Shown here: positions 1 to 9,849 of the stretch, piece after piece | Layout of the letters: each line of letters begins with the position of its first letter | How positions within the stretch are numbered: position 1 is the first letter of the stretch | Assembly (NCBI RefSeq): GCF_004834005.1 | Contig: NZ_STFF01000009.1 | Location: 90,649-154,648 of the forward strand | Length of the DNA: 64,000 nucleotides | From: Niastella caeni | GTDB lineage: Bacteria; Bacteroidota; Bacteroidia; Chitinophagales; Chitinophagaceae | Direction: 5' to 3' | The notes under the pieces: model-generated | Told to the model about the DNA's origin: nothing | Database searches by the model: none | The model's input: the letters and a program-made list of their open reading frames with translations, nothing else | Position numbers and translations under genes: made by a program

Positions 1-1432
1 CGGCCGGCAATCCTGCCGTAAAAACGGGGTCTATTTCAAACAAGGCAATCATGGAGTGCCCCGACCCTACTTCTCCCCCATCGAGGTCATTCACTGAGTC
101 AACCAGGGCCTTCCACTTGTTATCAAAACCAATTAAACGGTATTGTTTTACCACGTCGGGATTAAATTCAATATTCAGGAACGCATTATCGGCTACGCTG
201 TACAATGTTTGGGTCAATTCTTTCACCAATACTTTTTCTGCTTCGCGTTCATTATCGAGGTAAGCGAAGTTGCCATTCCCTTTTTTCGCCAGCACTTCCA
301 GTTTCGAATCTTTATAATTGCCCATACCTACGCCCAGGCAGGTTAAATAGATGCCCGATTGCTGATGTAGTGTGATCAACTTTTCCAATTCATCATCGCT
401 CGTTTGTCCCACATTAAAATCGCCATCAGTAGCCAGGATCACGCGGTTATTGCCGCCCTTTATGAACTGACTTTTAGCGACAGTATATGCCGTTCTGATG
501 CCCGATTCGCCAGGTGTTGAACCGCCCGGGTATAGCTCCTCGATAGATTTGCGGATCTTTTCTTTTTCCTTGCCCGATGTAGGCTGCAGCCAAACGCCGA
601 TGGTGCTTCCATATACAACAATAGAAATGGTATCCTTATCGCGCAGGTTATTCACCAGTAAGGTAAAGGCCGATTTCAGCAAAGGCAAACGGTTAGGCAT
701 ATCCATGGAACCGGAAACATCTATCAGAAAGACAAGATTGCTGGGTGGTATTTTTTCGGGATCCAGTTTTCGTGCTGAAATGTGCAGGCTGAGCAACTGG
801 TTGGTTTTATTCCAAGGGCATTCCGTTACATATGAATGAAAACCAAATATGCTATCGCGGGGAGGCGCAAGGTATTTAAAACTGAAATAATTCAGCAACT
901 CTTCTGTACGCACCGCATCGGGCGGCACCGTTGTATTCATATTCAAAAAACGGCGCACATTGCTGTACGATGCCTTATCGGTATTGATAGAAAATCCGGT
1001 TTCGGGATATTTATCTGCCTGAACAAAATCATTCTCCAATAAAGAATTATACGTTTCGGTACCTACCGTCCAGTTGCGTCTTTCGCCAGGTTTTAAATTC
1101 CTGGTAAATGAAAGCAGCCGGTTCTTTTGCAGGTTGGCTGAGGTAAATAATGTTTTTAAAACAAGGGAGTGATATTTGGCGGTTTCCAGTTTAACGGAAA
1201 GTGACTGATAGCCATCCAGGGAAATGGTAATGGAATCGATCCGTTTGGTGGTCATTATCCCAAACGATCCGCTGCTTCCTGATGAATAAATATAATTGGT
1301 TGAGTGAAGCACGATGCGTGCATTCGACAGAAGATTATTCTTTTCGTCCCTGACCTCGCCGCGCAAATAATATTGAGCATGCGCGGATATTATAAACAGG
1401 AAAGAGGTTAATATGGCAGCAGCAGATTTCAA
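1..1432 (-). CDS. Secreted von Willebrand factor type A (VWA) domain protein, YfbK-like. It is partial because the C-terminus runs off the window start. Probable TTG start at complement 1430-1432, followed by signal peptide MKSAAAILTSFLFIISAHA.
   Basis: Manual translation of the minus strand gives an uninterrupted frame from 1432 to 1. It contains the classic VWA metal ion-dependent adhesion site (MIDAS) region LVFLIDVSGSMDMPNRLPLLKSAF...ISIVVYGS...ATDGDFNVG. The small plus-strand ORFs at 51-1042 are antisense to it. Confidence 0.6.
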   Translation of the reverse strand, partial: MKSAAAILTSFLFIISAHAQYYLRGEVRDEKNNLLSNARIVLHSTNYIYSSGSSGSFGIMTTKRIDSITISLDGYQSLSVKLETAKYHSLVLKTLFTSANLQKNRLLSFTRNLKPGERRNWTVGTETYNSLLENDFVQADKYPETGFSINTDKASYSNVRRFLNMNTTVPPDAVRTEELLNYFSFKYLAPPRDSIFGFHSYVTECPWNKTNQLLSLHISARKLDPEKIPPSNLVFLIDVSGSMDMPNRLPLLKSAFTLLVNNLRDKDTISIVVYGSTIGVWLQPTSGKEKEKIRKSIEELYPGGSTPGESGIRTAYTVAKSQFIKGGNNRVILATDGDFNVGQTSDDELEKLITLHQQSGIYLTCLGVGMGNYKDSKLEVLAKKGNGNFAYLDNEREAEKVLVKELTQTLYSVADNAFLNIEFNPDVVKQYRLIGFDNKWKALVDSVNDLDGGEVGSGHSMIALFEIDPVFTAGLPA

Positions 1433-1531
1433 TATATTGATGAAAATTACAGCAGTTTACAGGTTAACACGCCTGCCCACTACGAGTCGGGCCAACTCGT
1501 TAACAGCACTAACTTACTACCATTTCAACTC

Positions 1532-2068
1532 CTATTCAATCAACTTAAAAATTTCCGGAATATTTCTACCCAGTCCATCATAGTCCAGGCCATACCCAAC
1601 AACAAATTTGTTTGGGATAGAAAATCCAAGGTAATCAATGGTAATGGGAAATACCGTTGCTTCGGGTTTGTGCAGCAACGCTACGATTTTTAAAGAGGCA
1701 GGTTGCTGATGCCGTAGTTGTGGCAAAAATTCGCTGAGTGTTTTACCTGTATCTACAATATCTTCGACTATAATCACATCCCGGCCAAACAGGTCCATAT
1801 CGAGACCAATAGCAGTAATTACATGACCGGTTGATTTTGTTCCTTTATAAGAAGCCAGCTTAATAAAACAAACTTCCGCATCAATCGTAAGCTCCTTATA
1901 CAGATCGGCCGCAAACATAAAAGAGCCATTCAAAATCGCTATGAACAATGGCTTTTTACCGGCATAATCTTTATTCAGGTTACCGGCAATCTCTTTTATT
2001 CGATCAGCAATCGCGGCAGCACTAATGTATGGTTCAAATTGTTTGTCGTGTACGCGAATATCGCCCAT
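1532..2068 (-). CDS. hpt: Hypoxanthine phosphoribosyltransferase
   Basis: 178 aa. Phosphoribosylpyrophosphate (PRPP)-binding motif VIIVEDIVDTGKTL; typical HPRT length. Confidence 0.85.
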   Translation of the reverse strand: MGDIRVHDKQFEPYISAAAIADRIKEIAGNLNKDYAGKKPLFIAILNGSFMFAADLYKELTIDAEVCFIKLASYKGTKSTGHVITAIGLDMDLFGRDVIIVEDIVDTGKTLSEFLPQLRHQQPASLKIVALLHKPEATVFPITIDYLGFSIPNKFVVGYGLDYDGLGRNIPEIFKLIE

Positions 2069-2071
2069 AAG

Positions 2072-3295
2072 TCAGTTTTTGTAAATAACCAGTTCCTGTC
2101 CGGTCTTCAAACCATTACCAGCCAGTTTATTCCAGTCTCTGAGTTGTTCTACTGTAATACTATATTTTTTCGCAATACTATACAAAGTTTCTTTTTCACG
2201 AACGATATGCAGGCTTGCTGTTACCGCCGATGAATTGGCAGGGGTGATCTGGTCTGGTGTTACTACCGGCGGTTTAGGCGCTTCCACCACTACCTCTTTT
2301 GCCAGTTTTGGTCTTTCGGGCGCTTTTGACTGCAGGTATAATTTCTCGCCTGTGGCCGGTTCGCCCTGTTCCTGCAAATGGTTGTAAACAATGAGGCTTT
2401 CGAGGCGAATGCCCTCGCTCTGGCTGATGTCGTACAGCGTTTCGCCGGGTTTTACTTCATGAAACTCTCCCTCCCCTGATTTGCGTTTGCGCTGCAGGAA
2501 TATCAGTTGGTCCTGCGCCAGCACATCATCATCCTCCTCTTCGCTCAGTTCGTTAAAATCAAGCAGATGCTTCAACGAAACATCATATTCCCTGGCAATG
2601 CCCAGCATGGAGGCGCCTGCTTTGGCAAAGATCACCTTGGTCCTGTTGATTGTAAATTGTCCCAGCGGATATTCTACAACAGGCTTTGCCGTAGCCGGCA
2701 GGTTTATTTCCCGAATGGCTACGCCGGTACCGATGCTCACCGGCTTGCCGCCGCCAGCCAGTATTTCATCCTGGGGCGATAATTTGCCCATAGCAATGAG
2801 CGTATACTGTTGCAGGTTGTAATCTTCTATATATTTTATTATAATCTGCGGGTACCTGGGGTTAGTGGCATAACCGGCTTTTTTTAACCCGTATGCCCAC
2901 TTGTTGTAATCGGTAGGTTCATATTCGAACAAAAAAGCGTAGCGCTGACCTTTACGCAGAAAATCGGAATGGTCAACATACGATTCATCCGCCTTTGTGT
3001 AACTTCTGAAGCACTCGCCGCGGGCATCATCATCGTGATACACTTTCTCTCCCTTCCACTCGGCCCGGCATTTTATGCCAAAATGATTATTCGACCGCTG
3101 CACCAGGTCGCTTTTGCCGGCCATACTTTCATGAATACCCTGTGCCAGGGTGATGGAAGCAGGTACGCCACTGCGCTGCATTTCGCGAATGGCCAGTTCC
3201 TTATAGGTATTTATGTAATCAATTACATCGCTGTTGCGCTGTGCCTGCAGGCCCTGCACTGCGAAAATTGATAATACAACCAGTAATCTTTTCAA
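2072..3295 (-). CDS. Secreted peptidoglycan hydrolase: N-acetylglucosaminidase (GH73/FlgJ-like) domain plus C-terminal LysM repeats
   Basis: Signal peptide; glucosaminidase motif SITLAQGIHESMAGKS...HFGIK; C-terminal LysM-like segments (YIVKPGETLYDISQ, HIVREKETLYSIAKKYSITVEQLRDWNKL). Confidence 0.7.
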   Translation of the reverse strand: MKRLLVVLSIFAVQGLQAQRNSDVIDYINTYKELAIREMQRSGVPASITLAQGIHESMAGKSDLVQRSNNHFGIKCRAEWKGEKVYHDDDARGECFRSYTKADESYVDHSDFLRKGQRYAFLFEYEPTDYNKWAYGLKKAGYATNPRYPQIIIKYIEDYNLQQYTLIAMGKLSPQDEILAGGGKPVSIGTGVAIREINLPATAKPVVEYPLGQFTINRTKVIFAKAGASMLGIAREYDVSLKHLLDFNELSEEEDDDVLAQDQLIFLQRKRKSGEGEFHEVKPGETLYDISQSEGIRLESLIVYNHLQEQGEPATGEKLYLQSKAPERPKLAKEVVVEAPKPPVVTPDQITPANSSAVTASLHIVREKETLYSIAKKYSITVEQLRDWNKLAGNGLKTGQELVIYKN

Positions 3296-3307
3296 CGTTT
3301 GCCTGTT

Positions 3308-3955
3308 TTATTTTTTTCGAATCATTAATAACCCGTCCCGAATGGTCAGCAGCACCTTGTCTACACTAGCATCTTGCTGCACATATTCATTAAACTCCTG
3401 AATGGCCTTTGCATTCTTACCTGTAATCCCGCCTGGGCGGGACTGGAGCACCTGACCGCGAAAAAGCACATTGTCTGCTACAATCAGGCCGCCTGGCCGT
3501 ACCAGCGGCAACACCAACTGGTAATATTGGGTATAATTTACCTTATCCGCGTCAATAAACACCATATCCCAGGTTTCATTCAACCCAGGGATAATGCTTA
3601 ACGCATTACCCACATGCAAAATTATCTTTCCTGCGTCAATTGACCTATTGAAATTTGCCTGCGCTACAGAAGCATCCTCATCCCGAAGCTCAATTGTATG
3701 TATTTTTCCATCTTTTAACAACCCCTTAGCAAGGCAAAGGGCGCTATATCCGGTAAAAGTACCTATCTCCAGGATACGCCGGGGCTGTAGCAGGCAGCTT
3801 AACATTTCCAAAAACTTACCCTGTACATGACCGCTTAACATGTGCGCATGGGGGTGCGAAGCCTGTGTAGCGGCCGCCAATTCCTGTAATAAAGCATCTT
3901 CTGGTGATGAAAACTGTGCGGCATACGCCTGTGCCAGCGGATCGATGATTTCCAA
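3308..3955 (-). CDS. Class I SAM-dependent O-methyltransferase (family 3, caffeoyl-CoA OMT-like)
   Basis: ILEIGTFTGYSALCLA SAM motif and the DADK motif (MVFIDADKVNY); 215 aa. Confidence 0.75.
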   Translation of the reverse strand: MEIIDPLAQAYAAQFSSPEDALLQELAAATQASHPHAHMLSGHVQGKFLEMLSCLLQPRRILEIGTFTGYSALCLAKGLLKDGKIHTIELRDEDASVAQANFNRSIDAGKIILHVGNALSIIPGLNETWDMVFIDADKVNYTQYYQLVLPLVRPGGLIVADNVLFRGQVLQSRPGGITGKNAKAIQEFNEYVQQDASVDKVLLTIRDGLLMIRKK

Positions 3956-4608
3956 TGTCGGTGATTTTTACAAAGATAGGCAGAGTGAGGTCATAAAGGC
4001 ATAGAGGCAGAAGGCATAAAGCAGAAGGCCAAAGTCGAATGCAAGTAAAGAATCCTGTACAATTTGGGTTTATACAGTGAAGCTGTATTCCCTTTTAACT
4101 TTAGGCTTGTGGCCTTAGGCTGTATTTGTTGCGACGTGAAACGGCAAACGTGAAATGTAATAAACAGGCAGGATTTACAAAACTCGGTAACAACCACAAA
4201 CAACAAACCACAAACCATAAACCTCTGATGTGTAGCCATCGGTCGGGAGTCAGAAAATCCATTCACCTTCAAAAAATGGCCTCCCGACCTCAGACTAAAC
4301 ACTCCAGCTATCGTAAATATTTTTATTGGTAACCCCGGTTTCTTTGTCTGTCACTTTGCAAGTTGTATACAGAACACTTCTTCGTTTACGCAACAACGGT
4401 AATTTGCATTGGTAGCTATTAAACGAGCGATTTTAAGTTTTAGTTTATAAGCCATTTATTTTTTTGTTTTCATACATATAAATATGGAAATGAAAATTTT
4501 TGTGAACTGCTAAACAATAAACAATCTGTATTCAATGAATGCCCCCCGCACAATAAAAAACAACGCCATCCCACTTAAGCGGAATGGCGTTGTTTATATC
4601 GATATAGC

Positions 4609-6156
4609 TTATAAACTTTCTTGCGCAACAGCAGGTTTCTTTGAAATGCCTAATAAACCAAGGTATGTCAGCAATCCATTAATGATAAGCAATTCAATCC
4701 CGATCTGGTATCCGTTAAACCATTTCGCCGAATTCTGACTGAGGAAATAACAGATAACAGGCGCCACCAGGCAAATGATAGTGATAAGGCTTGTTTGCGG
4801 CAATGTTCTTTTACTCAATATACCGAATGCAAAAAGTCCCAACAGCGGACCGTAAGTATACCCGGCCAGCGTGAGGATTTTATCGATGATACTACGATCG
4901 CCGATCCCGTAAAATATCATAATACAAATCAGGAAGATAACCGTGAATGACAGGTGAACCGTTAAGCGGATCTTTTTTTGCTGCTTTTCTGTAAGATCGG
5001 CACGGCGTTTTAATCCCAGCATATCAATGCAGAAAGAAGAGGTCAATGCTGTTAACGCGCCATCTGCACTGGGGAACAATGCACTGATCAATGCAATGAT
5101 GAATATAATAGATATCGCCTGCGGCATCAACTGTAAAGCCATGGTAGGAAAAAGAGCGTCGCCCATGATGTTCTTATTATCGGCCAGCAATTGCCATTGT
5201 GTACCGCCATTGGCATTGGTAACCTGGGCGTATTCTGCGCCATGGTTCAACGCATACAAATACAATAAACCACCTAGTAATAAGAATAAAAAGTTAACGC
5301 CGGCGCTCACCAGGTTAAAGGTGATCATGTTCTTTTGAGAATCTTTAAGGGTTTTCACACTGATATTCTTCTGCATCATTTCCTGGTCGAGCCCAAACAT
5401 GGAGATGGTAATAAACGCCCCGCCTATGATCTGCTTCAGAAAAAATCCGCTGCTATAGGGATCCGTATTAAAAATATTAGTGTATCCCTTGCTGGTGAGG
5501 GTAGTCATAGCTTCGCCCACTGATAAATTGAGGCTGCCCAGAATATATACTATCGCTACTACCAGCCCGGCCAACATCAGGGTGGTTTGCAGGGTATCTG
5601 TATAAACTATTGTTTTTACACCGCCTTCAAACGTATACAATAAGATCATTAAAAGAATGATAAGCGCGGTAACAATGAAAGGGACCCCAAAGTTTTTCAA
5701 AATAAATTCCTGCAACACAAATATCACCAGGTACAGGCGGGCGGTAGCGCCAACGGTACGTGAAATAATAAAGAACAACGCACCTGTTTTATATGCTATG
5801 GTCCCGAACCGCTTCTGCAGGTAATTGTAAATAGAAGTAAGGTTCAGCCGGTAATACAGCGGCAACAATACGAAAGCCACTACCAGGTAGCCAAAGAAAT
5901 ATCCGATCACCACCTGGAAATACGCAAAACCTTTATGCACACTACCAGCAAAATCACCTACCGTACCCGGTACTGAAACAAAGGTTACGCCGCTCAGCGA
6001 AGTGCCCACCATCCCAAATGCCACCAACATCCAGTTAGAGTTGCGGTTACCTATAAAAAAAGAATCGTTGTTTGAGTTCCGGGAAGTAACCCATGCAACA
6101 ACCAGCAACAAAACAAAATAACCGATTACAAATGAGAACAAGAGGGATGCAGACAT
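4609..6156 (-). CDS. Sodium:solute symporter (SSF) family transporter
   Basis: 515 aa polytopic membrane protein with an SSF-like N-terminal region (FFIGNRNSNWMLVAFGMVGTSLSGVTFVSVPG). Confidence 0.65.
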   Translation of the reverse strand: MSASLLFSFVIGYFVLLLVVAWVTSRNSNNDSFFIGNRNSNWMLVAFGMVGTSLSGVTFVSVPGTVGDFAGSVHKGFAYFQVVIGYFFGYLVVAFVLLPLYYRLNLTSIYNYLQKRFGTIAYKTGALFFIISRTVGATARLYLVIFVLQEFILKNFGVPFIVTALIILLMILLYTFEGGVKTIVYTDTLQTTLMLAGLVVAIVYILGSLNLSVGEAMTTLTSKGYTNIFNTDPYSSGFFLKQIIGGAFITISMFGLDQEMMQKNISVKTLKDSQKNMITFNLVSAGVNFLFLLLGGLLYLYALNHGAEYAQVTNANGGTQWQLLADNKNIMGDALFPTMALQLMPQAISIIFIIALISALFPSADGALTALTSSFCIDMLGLKRRADLTEKQQKKIRLTVHLSFTVIFLICIMIFYGIGDRSIIDKILTLAGYTYGPLLGLFAFGILSKRTLPQTSLITIICLVAPVICYFLSQNSAKWFNGYQIGIELLIINGLLTYLGLLGISKKPAVAQESL

Positions 6157-6269
6157 AGATAACGAAGATTAAAATGTTTCGGGAAAGTTTGAAGGTAATA
6201 AAATTGTGTTTTACTATTGCTGATAATCCATTTATCTTAGAGGCCAACAGGCATTTTTATGCACAATAA

Positions 6270-6833
6270 ATGCCAATTATAAAAACAGCGAGCATGAAGA
6301 TTGAATCGGTAGTAGTTTTTTGCGGATCTAAGACCGGACGAAGCCCTCTATATATACAGCATGCGGCAGAACTCGGCAAGCTGATCGCATTGCTGAACCT
6401 GCGCATGGTATACGGTGGTGGAAAAGCTGGTTTAATGGGCGCCATAGCCAATTCCGTACTGACCCATGGCGGAAAGGTTATGGGGGTGATTCCCAAGATA
6501 CTTACCGAATGGGAACATCAGCACGAAGGATTGACCGAATTATTTGTAGTGCCAGATATGCATACCCGAAAAAAGATGATGTATGAAATGTGCGATGCCG
6601 CCATTGTAATGCCAGGTGGCTTTGGCACACTGGATGAATTGTTTGAAATGCTCACCTGGAATCAACTCAAAATACACGACAAAAAAATATACGTGTTAAA
6701 CACCGAAGGCTTTTACAATCACCTCCGCCTGCATTTACAACATTTAAAAAAAGAAGGCTTCCTGTACGAATCGCTTGAAGAAAGAATCATCTTCTGTGAA
6801 ACACCGGTGGAAATTTTTAATAAAATTGGATAG
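6270..6833 (+). CDS. LOG family protein (cytokinin riboside 5'-monophosphate phosphoribohydrolase / TIGR00730)
   Basis: Motifs GGGKAGLMGA and PGGFGTLDELFE. Confidence 0.85.
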   Translation: MPIIKTASMKIESVVVFCGSKTGRSPLYIQHAAELGKLIALLNLRMVYGGGKAGLMGAIANSVLTHGGKVMGVIPKILTEWEHQHEGLTELFVVPDMHTRKKMMYEMCDAAIVMPGGFGTLDELFEMLTWNQLKIHDKKIYVLNTEGFYNHLRLHLQHLKKEGFLYESLEERIIFCETPVEIFNKIG

Positions 6834-6844
6834 CTTAAATTCTA

Positions 6845-6950
6845 AGCTAGTAGCTAGTGGTAAGTGGCTAGTAACATCCTAATTCGCAACTCGCGACTCC
6901 TAATGTACTTTGCGTTTTCCTACTAGCTACTCACTATTTACTACTCACTT
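6845..6950. terminator. Long imperfect inverted repeat between the convergent LOG and outer-membrane protein (OMP) genes; candidate bidirectional terminator. Arms are AGCTAGTAGCTAGTGGTAAGTGGCTAGTAA and CCTACTAGCTACTCACTATTTACTACTCAC.
   Basis: Complementary arms built from short tandem units; sits between the stop codons at 6833 and 6954. Confidence 0.4.
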
Positions 6951-6953
6951 TCC

Positions 6954-7514
6954 CTAGAATCCAAAATTATATCCAAAATTAAAGAACGCGCGGCTGCCAT
7001 ACGGACTGCGTTCATTTTGTAAGAGATCGTAATTAGCCGTTACAATAAAAGCGCCTCTGCCTGCAGGAATAGCAGCGCCTACCCCGCCTAACAGGGATGG
7101 AACGACCTTTTTATCGAGCTTATACTCTGCACCATCATCATATCGCTGTTTGCCCCAGGTGTAATTCGCTTCGGGCTGTATTTGAAGAAAGAGATAATCA
7201 ATAGGATATACGCGGCCAAAGACATTGAGACCGGCTACGCCAAACTGCTCCTTATAACCTATGAATTTGAAGCTTGAATAAATAAAATTTACCCCGGTAC
7301 CGGCTGCCAGGTAGCGATTAAAACGGTAACCTATCTGCGGAGATACATTTACCAGGGTAGACACATTACCAAAGCCCAAACCAAAATTACCGCCAAAGAA
7401 CAGTTTGCTTTTATCAAAACCTTTCTCTTTAGGCTCTTCTTCAGGTTCATCCTGTGCTACAGCCGCAGTACTGAACATTGCAAACAAACAGGCGGCCAAT
7501 AAATATTTCTTCAT
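6954..7514 (-). CDS. Small outer-membrane beta-barrel protein (OmpA/porin-like beta-barrel domain family)
   Basis: Signal peptide MKKYLLAACLFAMFSTAAVAQ; alternating aromatic beta-strand pattern; C-terminal ...FNFGYNFGF. Confidence 0.5.
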   Translation of the reverse strand: MKKYLLAACLFAMFSTAAVAQDEPEEEPKEKGFDKSKLFFGGNFGLGFGNVSTLVNVSPQIGYRFNRYLAAGTGVNFIYSSFKFIGYKEQFGVAGLNVFGRVYPIDYLFLQIQPEANYTWGKQRYDDGAEYKLDKKVVPSLLGGVGAAIPAGRGAFIVTANYDLLQNERSPYGSRAFFNFGYNFGF

Positions 7515-8158
7515 AGCGATTTATTTATAATGTGCAAATTAGGAAATGCGAAAATTAGCTAATGGTCCTATGCAACATTCCTACAATTTTTGTCCTCCCC
7601 GCCGCGTACTTGAATTTGCACATTTGCACATTTTCCAATTTTCACATTTGCGTTTTGCAAAATACGCTTCACCGGCTTCAAATGGTGTTAAGATGTTACT
7701 AATACATGCCGAACTATATAACTATTAATCAGCAAGATACGATTAGCGTTGCAACAATAGTTTATGTGGATAAATACTGCTTATAATCAAACTGTTACGT
7801 AATTGGCACTTAGCGAACAGCTTATAACTAAGCAATTATGTACATGCAATTAGTGCGTACTGGAGGGTATTTGATTTATTAGGTTTTGTTATTACTTTTA
7901 TCTCACCTATCCATTGAAAACCGTAAGGATTCACCTGATTGTAGCTTATCAACACCACAAATCCTTAGAAATTCCCCTCAAACTGGTTAACACTATTAAG
8001 TTAATCTAACAATCCTGTAAAGCCGTTTTGTGCCAACAATGTAATATGATTCCTGCTGCCATAGGCCAGGAAACCGTATTCCAATACCTGTGCGAACCAT
8101 ATGCATCGTGTGCCCTTTAAGAAAACTATTATTGTTTTCAGCATTTTAACGTACGAGA

Positions 8159-8545
8159 ATGAGAAGATGTATACTGGCTATTGAAGACAGCAAAGCGATC
8201 CGGTTTTTACTACATACGGTGCTAGGCAAAGATTACCAGGTAGTTACCGCCCCCGACGCCTGTTCGGCCATGTTCTGGCTGGCAAAAAAGAATTTGCCCG
8301 ACCTGATCATCGTTGACCCGCAGTTGCCCGATGTGCAGGACTGGGAACTGATTGCCGAATTTTCATCGAGTGCTATTTACCGGGATATTCCCCTGATTGT
8401 ATTATCGTCGCTTGACAAGGATGTCACTGCGGCAAAATGCCTTAAATATGGCATTTCAGATTATTATACGAAGCCATTTAATCCGCTTGAATTAAACGAA
8501 ACAGTTCAAAGAGTTATGAGCAGGGTTGCACCGGTTTCGAAGTGA
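8159..8545 (+). CDS. Stand-alone response-regulator receiver (REC) domain protein
   Basis: 128 aa. Acidic pocket ILAIEDS, phospho-acceptor context LIIVDPQLPD, beta4 LIVLSS, and the conserved K in YYTKPFNP. Confidence 0.65.
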   Translation: MRRCILAIEDSKAIRFLLHTVLGKDYQVVTAPDACSAMFWLAKKNLPDLIIVDPQLPDVQDWELIAEFSSSAIYRDIPLIVLSSLDKDVTAAKCLKYGISDYYTKPFNPLELNETVQRVMSRVAPVSK

Positions 8546-8596
8546 ATGCAGTGAAAGCCGGTTAATGACCGGGATTGATCAATTAAATATTCGTGT

Positions 8597-9706
8597 ATGG
8601 ATGTTACAATTCTACCCACTAAGAAAATTATTAATACCGCGCGTGCGCAGTACAAACGATATAGTTTGCCAGTAGCCGAACCAGAACCAACCGATATTAA
8701 AAAATTGCAGTTTTTTTATATCGGTACGCAAACCCGTAATATCGAAAAGCTTAAGGAATACTTCGAATTCGGTTATACCACCATTTCTGCGGAGAGCGCC
8801 ATTTTTACTTTAAAGCGGTTATTGAAGAACCCAGATTCAGTTACCATCCCCGACATGATCATTGCGGAAGGTACGCTGGGAACAGAGCAATTGGTGGAAC
8901 TGCACCAATTCATCTATGCGCATAAAATAATGGCAGCTATTCCTTTTATTGTTGAAGCAACTGGTTTATCGAAGGAAGAATCAGCCCGTTTTAAACGATA
9001 TACGTTTATTGATGAACTGTTGTTCCTGAACGAGTTTACCGCTCCAGTGCTGTTGCGGAAAACGAACTTCCTGAAAAACATAAAACAAAAATGGGTGCAG
9101 GAACCGGCTTCATGCAAGGTAGAGACCTCGTTCCGCGCGTATCCGGATGCCCGTGCTGTACTGAAAAGAGGGCTCGATCTGCTGATCTCTTCTGCACTGC
9201 TGGCAGTACTGGGACCGCTTATGCTGTTAATTGCATTGGCCATGAAACTCGATACGGGCGGTCCGGTTTTATATACCACTTTACGAACCGGCCGCGGGTA
9301 CCGCATCTTTCATTTGTATAAGTTCAACACCATCATACAGGATGCCGATAAAAAGAAGAACGGCGCTACTATAAGCAGAGTTGGCTTGTTCATACGCAAA
9401 ACATGCCTCGATGAATTGCCGCAATTACTGAACGTTTGGCTGGGAGATCTGTCACTGGTAGGGCAACGGGCGTTGCCATTGTACGAAGCGTCGCAATTAA
9501 CAACCAGAACATCGGCCAACTATTTCCTTTCTGCCGCCGGCCTCACTGGCTGGCAGGTTCAGAAGGTAGACAAAGCGACTATTCCGGCTGAAGTGCCTTT
9601 GGTCGCGGGCACCGCCACCGGAAATGCCGACAAATCCGACCTGTTGTACGACATCTGGCTTATGGCCAACAAGCAAACAGCCATTATTAATAAGACGAAC
9701 GCCTGA
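8597..9706 (+). CDS. Fusion protein: N-terminal degenerate receiver-like domain plus C-terminal bacterial sugar transferase domain (polyprenyl-phosphate glycosyl-1-phosphate transferase, WbaP/WcaJ C-terminal type)
   Basis: C-terminal half matches Bac_transf motifs (KRGLDLLISSALLAVLGPLMLLIALAMKLDTGGPVLYT...YKFNTI...DELPQLLNVWLGDLSLVGQR). The N-terminal roughly 170 aa has the REC beta/alpha pattern but lacks the DD pocket and the phospho-Asp (FFYIG, PDMIIAEGT, IPFIVEAT). Confidence 0.6.
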   Translation: MDVTILPTKKIINTARAQYKRYSLPVAEPEPTDIKKLQFFYIGTQTRNIEKLKEYFEFGYTTISAESAIFTLKRLLKNPDSVTIPDMIIAEGTLGTEQLVELHQFIYAHKIMAAIPFIVEATGLSKEESARFKRYTFIDELLFLNEFTAPVLLRKTNFLKNIKQKWVQEPASCKVETSFRAYPDARAVLKRGLDLLISSALLAVLGPLMLLIALAMKLDTGGPVLYTTLRTGRGYRIFHLYKFNTIIQDADKKKNGATISRVGLFIRKTCLDELPQLLNVWLGDLSLVGQRALPLYEASQLTTRTSANYFLSAAGLTGWQVQKVDKATIPAEVPLVAGTATGNADKSDLLYDIWLMANKQTAIINKTNA

Positions 9707-9726
9707 TTTACATTAATATTCTACAG

Positions 9727-9760
9727 TAAAATCTCTCAGCCTCTGGCGGGAGATTTTTTT
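9727..9760 (+). terminator. Rho-independent terminator after the sugar-transferase fusion gene
   Basis: AAAATCTCTC...GGGAGATTTTTTT: stem with a T7 tract. Confidence 0.55.
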
Positions 9761-9849
9761 GTCTTACCTCCCTCTACCCCTCCGGCAATCTGCCAACTGA
9801 CAGAGACCGAAGGCGAAGGGGGTAAATGTATTGAGTCCTGGTCCCTTCC

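Noticed and set aside
51-1042. Four small plus-strand ORFs (70, 67, 113 and 68 aa) at the window start
   Set aside because: They are antisense to a continuous VWA-domain reading frame on the minus strand (1-1432) and have no motifs. Spurious.
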